From Chrysomallon squamiferum (lineage: Eukaryota > Animalia > Mollusca): a stretch of 64,000 nt of DNA. The notes below the pieces were generated by a model. The model was not told the DNA's origin and made no database searches. It was given only the letters and a program-made list of their open reading frames with translations. How positions within the stretch are numbered: the first letter of the stretch is position 1; each line of letters opens with the position of its first letter. A program made the translations under genes and the position numbers. Below are positions 55,109-64,000 of this stretch, one piece after another. The stretch spans positions 14,570,001 to 14,634,000 of the forward strand of contig CM022668.1 in the NCBI GenBank assembly GCA_012295275.1, written 5' to 3'.

Positions 55109-56268
55109 TTATTTTTTATCTCCACCATCATACTGAGGTTTGTTTTGGAAGAAAACAAATATCACTTCAGAAAGTACACTGTTAAGAACATTCCCAAGAT
55201 AAGACAGGAAATCTTCGTTTGTTTCTGCTTCTTTTCTAACTTCAATTCTTGTCTTTCTCTTATATTCTTGTTCTTTTTCTCTGAGCATTCTGTGATTTTC
55301 TTTTAATAGTTCCTGCTCCTTAATCATTTTCTCCTTTTCCTTTTCTTTCTTTTTTCTCAAAAGGTCTTCCTGAAACTTCTTCTCTATTCTTTCCTTTTCT
55401 ATTTCTCGTTCTTTTTCGTTCAGTATATACTCGAGTTCTCTTATTTTCTCTTCTTTCTCTTTCAATATTTCCTCTTTGTGTTTTCTCATTTCTTCTTCTT
55501 TCTTCTTGTCGCGTTCTTTGGCTTCTTTTGCACTGTTTTCCATTTGTTTCCTGAATTCTTCCCTTATTTTTTCTCGCTCCTTTTCCATTTGTTTTGCATA
55601 GTTTTTAAATATCCCTTTTTCACGTTTCTGTACTTCTTTCTCAGCTACTTTCAATAATTCCGATTTATAATATTCGCCATTATTTACTTCCACGTTTTTT
55701 TGTATCATGTCGATAAGGCCAAGAACCATTTTTTCTTTCTTTTCCTCATCTTTTTCACGATTGTTGAATCCGACATATCTTCGTCCGCAGGCATTGATTA
55801 ATTTGTTTAGGTTTTGTGGTGCAGTAAACAGAAAATCTTCCAGATTTTTTCCGTCTTCTTCAAGATCGTCTACTCGGGTGAACAGCAAGAACAGGTAATC
55901 AAACAATGCATTTCCAAATACTTGCTCGAAGTATTTAATTGTATTTTCTTCTTCTGGAGTAAACCTCTTTGCCTGCAGAACCATGATGAAAGCATGTGGT
56001 CCTGGAGAACTCATCGCTATACACTGGATAATTTCTTTCGTAATCTCTCCTTGTGCACGTTCAGTGTCGAATACTCCTGGTGTATCAACGATGACAATAT
56101 TCTGACCAAATCGAGTTTTGTGTTCTACCTTGCAGGTTGCAGTAACTGAAGAAGCACTAGCTTCAGAACGAAAATGTTTCTCTCCTAGGATGGTATTTGC
56201 TGACGCACTTTTTCCTGAGCCAGTAATCCCAATCAAAACAATCCGCAGTTCATTGTCAGTAACGGAAT
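55109..56268 (-). CDS. GIMAP: GIMAP/AIG1-type GTPase copy 3, terminal exon
   Basis: GITGSGKS, SVT, DTPG, PGPHAF, TRVDD, FNN, then coiled coil and a hydrophobic segment. Acceptor tttctttcag| before 56268. About 80% aa identity to copy 1 over the G domain (hand count 34 differences in ~170 aa). Confidence 0.92.
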
Positions 56269-57189
56269 CTGAAAGAAATTCATGTAAACTCAATGTAGAA
56301 TTGAAGACATTCTTTTTACCTTCTTGTTGCTCTTAAAATTGTTAATAGCATAAATCATTACTATTATCATCATTACGGCTTGTCTACTTATTATAAATCT
56401 GTCAGCCTCTCTATCGGTGTAAGTATTATATTATTTTCTCGTTTTTCCTGTTATTGTTGCTGATAAAATTAAATAATCATTATTATCATCGTTATGACCA
56501 TTTCCATTAAATTAAGCACTAATATCACAATATTACAACTACTATCATTATAACTATCTCTACTTTTAATGCCTCTGAAACCAGTAAAGGACTCTGAAAG
56601 AATTTGAAATACACTCAATGTTACAATGTAGAATCGAAGACATTATTTTTATCTTCTCATTGTTGCTGTTATTCTTGTTAATATTGTTAAACATTACTAT
56701 TATCATTATTATGGCTTGTATATTTGTCTATATTTCTGTAAGTCTATGTGTCGGTATAAGTAGTATTCTTTTTCTCGTGTTTTCCTGCTCTTGTTGATAC
56801 AATTAAATAATCACTATTATCAACATTATGGTAATTTCAATTAACTTCTTACTAATATCACGATATAATAACTACTATAATTACAACTCTGCTCTGACTT
56901 CATCTCAAACAACTTACTTGTACAACCATTGCATCACACCCATTGATATCACTCTCTCTACAAATACTATTACAACTCTCGACTTGTTTGATGCAGCACG
57001 ACTTGTTTGATGTAATCAAAATATTCACTGGAACATTGCATAATGGGGGAATTTTAACTTTTCATACGACAGCGCAGTGCTCATTGTTGCTTGACATAAA
57101 GGACTGCAAGTTACAGTGCCGTGTTATTCTTACGCTTCGAGCTTTTTTAGGCACTGATCATCCCCGACCGCCCCTCCGCGCCAATTTCA

Positions 57190-59500
57190 AACTCTCCTTT
57201 CGTGCAATGTACTGGAATAATATACATCAAGTAATTATTTGAGCAACAAAGAAAATAATATCATCTTATCAGACAACCTTTAATTAGTATGAAGCAAAGG
57301 CACATGAAAATATCGGCAGTGTACTGTAAAGTTAAATACACCTATTCCTACAAAGGTATCTAGGTACATAAAGATTCATCTCGTTAATGCGTCAACAAAT
57401 TGATCTAGAATATTGTTAAAATTCAATTTGCAGAGGTCAGATGAGTCTATATTCATTAATGCCAAATTACTGAGCGTTTTATCTTTCAGACTTGATCACA
57501 GGTAGCAGTTTAAGAGCAGAAAAAGAGCTCTGTCCAGAACAGTTTGTATCGAGAAGTGATAAGGAAATATATAAAAAAATATATATATTTTTGGAAACAT
57601 TTCTTGCTTTTAATTTTAGCTGTTTAAGATTTGGTCGGTTGGTGGGGGTTACTCCCATTCGGCCCTGAATGTTTATCAAAATTTAGCATAAATTTACCGA
57701 GCATTTCTGTTTTATGTAGATTAACTCACCCTTAGCATCTCTCGTATCAACGAGAAAATTAATTTCACTGACGCGCATGAAGCGTTTGCCGCGCACATAG
57801 TTATGTCATTTAACACTAAGAGAGAAAATGAAAAAGGTTGCAAATATCTGTTGTTAAAATATATAGATATATATATAATAAGTTTAAAAATTAAAAAAGA
57901 AGAACATGAACTCCACTAATACTAAGCCAGTAAATAATAATTTTTGATTGCACTATTAAATATTCTAAGTAAGAAATATATTATTTTGTGTCTCCCTTAG
58001 CATCTCTCGTATCAAAGAGAAAATTAATTTCGTTGAACTGCATGAAGCGTTTGCCGTGTACATAGTTATGTCATTTAACACCAAGAGAGAAAAAAAGGAG
58101 TTGGTTGCAAATATCTGTTGTTAAATAATAATAATAAAGTTTCAAATTTAAAAAAAAGAACATGACCTCCACTAATACTAAGCCATTAAATAATAATTTT
58201 TAATTGTAGTATTAAATATTCTAATTCTAAGTAAGAAATATATTCTTTTGTGTAATTCCCATTTCCAGTAGAATGTTGAGCTCTAATTAATACTATTACA
58301 TTCTGGCTGCTTTGTTGTTGTTGCAGAAATAATAAAAGACAAAAAGTGTTTAAGTGATAAATTTTGTCATTGAATGTTAAGTAGTAATATCTCGGTTATT
58401 GATGTGTTCCAAAGAATTAGTTCTCTTTAGCTGGATTACACTATTAATGGAGTAAGAAAACTAATATTTTCAGACTAACTTTAATTAGCATGAAGTAAAG
58501 CAATACCTGTACTTTACTGGTAAAGGTAAACACAAATATGCCTATATAGTTATCTATGTATACAAGAAAAAAAGAAAATTGTCAAACTTTAAACAAACTG
58601 ATCCAGAATATTGTTAAAATTGAATTTCCAGAGCACAGCAGGTTTCTACATGGATTAATGAGAAATTAATTGAGCTTCTCATATTTCAGTGTGGATCTCT
58701 CCTTTCGTGGAATGTATTGCAATAATATTATACATCAAGTAATTATTTGAGTAACAAAGGAAATAATATCATCTTTTGAGACAACCTTTAATTAACATGA
58801 AGGAACGGCACATCAAAATATCGGCAGTGTACTGTAAAGTTAAATAGACATATTCCTACAAAGGTATCTAGGTACTTAAACATTTATCGTTAACGTGTCA
58901 ACAAATTAATCCAGAATATTGTTAAAATTTAATTTCCAGAAGACAGATGAGTCTATATCCATTAATGCCAAATTACTGAGCGTTTTATCTTTCAGACTTG
59001 ATCACAGGTAGCTGTTTAAGAGCAGAAAAAGAGCTCTCTCCAGAACAGTTTGTATCGAGAAGTGACAAGCAAATATATAAAAAATATATACATTTTTGGA
59101 AACGTTTCTTGCATTTAATTTTTAGCAGTTTACGATTGGGTCGGTGGGTGGGTGGGGGGTAACCCCCATTCGGCTCTGAATATTTATCAAAATTTAGCAT
59201 AAATTTACCCAGCATTTCCGTTTTATGTAGATTAACTCACCCTTGGCATCTCTCGTATCAACGAGAAAATTAATTTCACTGACGCGCATGAAGCGTTTGC
59301 CGCGCACATAGTTATGTCATTTAACACTAAGAGAGAAAATGAAAAAGGTTGCAAATATCTGTTGTTAAAATATATAGATATATATATAATAAGTTTAAAA
59401 ATTAAAAAAGAAGAACATGAACTCCACTAATACTAAGCCAGTAAATAATAATTTTTGATTGCACTATTAAATATTCTAAGTAAGAAATATATTATTTTGT
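57190..59500 (-). repeat. intronic duplicated block with hAT relics (57190-57990 repeated at 58695-59500)
   Basis: ORFs 57479-57679 and 58985-59215 both read LSLLDTNCSG.SSFSALK. Near-identical ~800-bp copies that are reverse-complements of ~4270-4940. Confidence 0.82.
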
Positions 59501-60212
59501 GTAATTGTGTCTATATTTCTGTAAGTCTGTGTATCGGTATAAGTATTATTCCTCTTTTTCTCGTTTTTTCCTGCTCTTGTTATTGATTCAATTAAATAAT
59601 CACTATCATCAACATTATGGTCACTTCAGTTAACTTAATCACTAATACTACGATATTACAACTACTATCATTACAACTCTACTCTTACTGCCTCTAAAAC
59701 CATTGTTACTAGTACAACCATTGTATCATACCCACTGATATCACTCTCTACAAATACTATTACAACTCTCTCTACAACTATTATTATTACTCTCTCTACA
59801 ACTATTTCTACTACTTCTTTACAAATACTGTTACCAGTCTCTATACAACTACTCTTACTACTCTCTAAAACTGCTATTACTATTCTCTCTACAACTATTA
59901 CTCTTGTAACAATTACTATTACCACTCTGTCTACAGCTACCATTACTACTATCTATACAACTAATATTACTACGTTCTACAAAATCTATTACTACTATCT
60001 CTACAGCTACTTCTACCACTCCTACTACTATTACAATAATTACTGGTTTAATTAATGCAACTGCTGTCACTTCTAGTATTCTTGCGGCGACATGGTGTAG
60101 TAAAAGTCTTACAAATATATACTACATGAATGACGATTCAGCATTTACCATTTTGCGTATTATTGAAGTATTTTTCTTGAATAATCAATATTACAAAGTG
60201 TGATACACATAC

Positions 60213-60387
60213 CCTTTGATAAATCTGAACCATATTTTGGCACGACGTATTCTGACGGTTGGATTTCTTCTGATAGCTCGACTTGTAATTCCTGGACTTC
60301 TGGTGATTGTTCCACCTTTTTTGATGGCTGGACTCTTTGCAATGGCTGCACTTGTTTTGGTGGCTTCGTATGTGGTGGAGCTGCAGA
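60213..60387 (-). CDS. GIMAP copy 3, exon B (175 nt, phase 0 to 1)
   Basis: gtctcag|TCTGCA...TCAAAGG|gtatgt; translates SAAPPHTKPPKQVQPLQRVQPSKKVEQSPEVQELQVELSEEIQPSEYVVPKYGSDLSK. It is 63 nt (in frame) longer than copy 1. Confidence 0.72.
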
Positions 60388-60676
60388 CTGAGACTTTTAG
60401 AAAGAAAGGTAAAATGAACATATAAAACGAAAATCAAAATTTTATTGCAAAATTACTGTTATCTGTTTTTGATTGAATTTGTGTACATATGTGTGTACGC
60501 ATACCTGCACATATTATGTAATATAACTTTATAAATATAAGATTTTATTTATTTTCTTATTCGAAAGCGGTGGTGTCTTTAAACAAATATTCATTCATTT
60601 GTTGCTTATTTATATATCTATGTATGTATCTATCCATCTATCTATCTATCTATCTATCTATATATCTATATATCTG

Positions 60677-60737
<61 letters not shown>

Positions 60738-61390
60738 CTCTACCTTTCTATCTATTTATGTATCTATATATCTATCTACCTACCTATCTATCTATCTATT
60801 TACTCATTTACCCCACTTATTGTTAGCATTTTGCTGAGACACGAATTATTATTATTTTTTTAAAATCTGTTGTTAGGTAAATAAGTAAAGTAATGATTTA
60901 ATGATAATCACCTTTTGTTCTAAACGCTTCCCTAATTCAGAAACTGAAATATTTTCATCATCTAGAATATAATTCGAAAAGAGTAAGTTTTTGTCTTTGT
61001 ATATAATTATATCCGTCTATCTATGTACGAATGTATGTACCTTTTTTGATGGCTGGACTCTTTGCAATGGCTGCACTTGTTTTGGTGGCTTCGTATGTGG
61101 TGGAGCTGCAGACTGAGACTTTTAAAAAGAAAGGTAAAATGAACATATAAAACGAAAATCAAAATAGTATTGCAAAATTACTGTATATCTATTTTTGATT
61201 GAATTTGTGTACAAATATGTGTACGCATACCTGCACATATTATGTAATATAACTTTATAAATATAAGATTTTATTGATTTTCTTATTCGAAAGGGGTGGT
61301 CTCTTTAAACAATTATTCATTCATTTGTTGCTTATTTACATATCTCTGTATGTCTATATCTATCTATATATCTATCTATCTATCTATCTG

Positions 61391-61448
<58 letters not shown>

Positions 61449-64000
61449 GATCTATGTATCTATCTATATCTATCTATCTCTCTATTTATGTATCTATCTA
61501 TCTATCTCTATATCTACCTACCTATATATCTATCTATTTACTTATTTACCCCACTTATTCTTAGCATTTTGCTCAGACACGAATTATTATTATTTTTTTA
61601 AAATCTGTTGTTAGGTAAATAAGTAAAGTAATGATTTAATGATAATCACCTTTTGTTCTAAACGCTTCCCTAATTCAGAAACTGAAATATTTTCATCATC
61701 TAGAATATAATTCGAAAAGAGTAAGTTTTTGTCTTTGTATATAATTATATCCGTCTATCTATGTACGAATGTATGTACCTTTTTTGATGGCTGGACTCTT
61801 TGCAATGGCTGCACTTGTTTTGGTGGCTTCGTAAGTGGTGGAGCTGCAGACTGAGACTTTTAAAAAGAAAGGTAAAATGAACATATAAAACGAAAATCAA
61901 AATTTTATTGCAAAATTACTGTAGATGTGTTTTTGATTGAATTTGTGTACATATATGTGTACGCATACCTGCACATATTATGTAATATAACTTTATAAAT
62001 ATAAGATTTTATTTATTTTCTTATTCGAAAGCGGTGGTCTCTTTAAACAATTATTCATTCATTTGTTGCTTATTTATATATCTCTGTATCTCTATATCTA
62101 TCTATATATCTCTCTATCTCTCTATCTATCTATCTATCTATGTATCTATCTATCTATCTATCGATCTATGTATCTATCTATATCTATCTATCTCTCTATC
62201 TATTTATGTATCTATCTATCTATCAATCTCTATATCTACCTATCTATCTATCTATTTACTTATTTACCCCACTTATTCTTAGCATTTTGCTGAGACACGA
62301 ATTATTACTATTTTTTTAAATCTGTTGTTAGGTAAATAAGTAAAGTAATGATTTAATGATAATCACCTTTTTTCTAAACGCTTCCCTAATTCAGAAACTG
62401 AAATATTTTCATCATCTAGAATATAATTCGAAAAGTGTAAGTTTTTGTCTCTGTATATAATTATATCCGTCTATCTATGTACGAATGTACGTACCGTTTT
62501 TGATGGCTGGAATCTTTGCAATGACTGCACTTGTTTTGGTGGCTTCGTATGTACTGGAGCGGTAGACTGAGACTTTTAAAAAGAAAGGTAAAATGAACAT
62601 ATAAAACGAAAATCAAAATTTTATTGCAAAATTACTGTAGATGTGTTTTTGATTGAATTTGTGTACATATATGTGTACGCATACCTGCACATATTATGTA
62701 ATATAACTTTATAAATATAAGATTTTATTTATTTTCTTATTCGAAAGCGGTGGTCTCTTTAAACAATTATTCATTCATTTGTTGCTTATTTATATATCTC
62801 TGTATCTCTATATCTATCTATATATCTCTCTATCTCTCTATCTATCTATCTATCTATGTATCTATCTATCTATCTATCGATCTATGTATCTATCTATATC
62901 TATCTCTCTCTCTATCTATTTATGTATCTATCTATCTATCAGTCTCTATATCTACCTATCTATCTATCTATTTACTTATTTACCCCACTTATTCTTAGCA
63001 TTTTGCTGAGACACGAATTATTACTATTTTTTTAAATCTGTTGTTAGGTAAATAAGTAAAGTAATGATTTAATGATAATCACCTTTTTTTTCTAAACGCT
63101 TCCCTAATTCAGAAACTGAAATATTTTCATCATCTAGAATATAATTCGAAAAGTGTAAGTTTTTGTCTCTGTATATAATTATATCCGTCTATCTATGTAC
63201 GAATGTACGTACCGTTTTTGATGGCTGGAATCTTTGCAATGGCTGCACTTGTTTTGGTGGCTTCGTATGTACTGGAGCGGTAGACTGAGACTTTTAAAAA
63301 GAAAGGTAAAATGAACATATAAAACGAAAATCAAAATTTTATTGCAAAATTACTGTAGATGTGTTTTTGATTGAATTTGTGTACATATATGTGTACGCAT
63401 ACCTGCACATATTATGTAATATAACTTTATAAATATAAGATTTTATTTATTTTCTTATTCGAAAGCGGTGGTCTCTTTAAACAATTATTCATTCATTTGT
63501 TGCTTATTTATATATCTCTGTATCTCTATATCTATCTATATATCTCTCTATCTCTCTATCTATCTATCTATCTATGTATCTATCTATCTATCTATCGATC
63601 TATGTATCTATCTATATCTATCTCTCTCTCTATCTATTTATGTATCTATCTATCTATCAGTCTCTATATCTACCTATCTATCTATCTATTTACTTATTTA
63701 CCCCACTTATTCTTAGCATTTTGCTGAGACACGAATTATTACTATTTTTTTTAAATCTGTTGTTAGGTAAATAAGTAAAGTAATGATTTAATGATAATCA
63801 CCTTTTTTTCTAAACGCTTCCCTAATTCAGAAACTGAAATATTTTCATCATCTAGAATATAATTCGAAAAGTGTAAGTTTTTGTCTCTGTATATAATTAT
63901 ATCCGTCTATCTATGTACGAATGTACGTACCGTTTTTGATGGCTGGAATCTTTGCAATGACTGCACTTGTTTTGGTGGCTTCGTATGTACCGGAGCGGTA
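60314..64000 (-). repeat. ~716-738 bp tandem array of GIMAP exon A + intron + 5' part of exon B, at least 5 units, continuing past the window end
   Basis: Marker TCTAGAATAT at 60961, 61699, 62415, 63133, 63851. Each unit has a (TCTA)n tract, an exon A copy and a 72-nt exon B fragment. Confidence 0.93.
60912..60961 (-). CDS. GIMAP copy 3, exon A (50 nt)
   Basis: atattctag|ATGATG...CAAAAG|gtgatt; translates (D)DENISVSELGKRLEQK. Use in the mature mRNA is uncertain because of the upstream array. Confidence 0.55.

Noticed and set aside
60570-63774. YLSI-repeat ORFs
   Set aside because: Translations of (TCTA)n microsatellites in each array unit.
60314-64000. CRISPR-like array
   Set aside because: Eukaryotic context, units are ~720 bp, the intervening sequence is repeated rather than unique, and there are no cas genes.

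Overview
AT-rich animal genomic DNA (invertebrate-like, possibly a mollusc; taxon is inference only) with a 200-N scaffold gap at 42240-42439. The core is a GIMAP/AIG1 immune-GTPase cluster: an intact-looking spliced copy on + (exons 5871-5920, 6298-6409, 7158-8365), a frameshifted copy on + (40477-41165) and a second intact-looking copy on - (exons 60961-60912, 60387-60213, 56268-55109). No start exon was identified for any copy. Upstream of the - copy, the two small 5' exons are amplified as a ~716-738 bp tandem array that runs off the window. Each unit carries a 72-nt in-frame mini-exon whose splice donor was created by the duplication junction. The rest is almost all repeat: a full-length but frameshifted DD35D pogo element with TIRs and TA TSD (85-2685), a Tc1 fragment, a ~27 kb degenerate composite array carrying many hAT transposase C-terminal relics, a ~1.1 kb satellite with a dimeric higher-order structure, three short hairpin-rich TSD-flanked retro-insertions, and micro/minisatellites. 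The orientation switch between the two GIMAP arms coincides with the assembly gap. All alignments and counts were made by eye.
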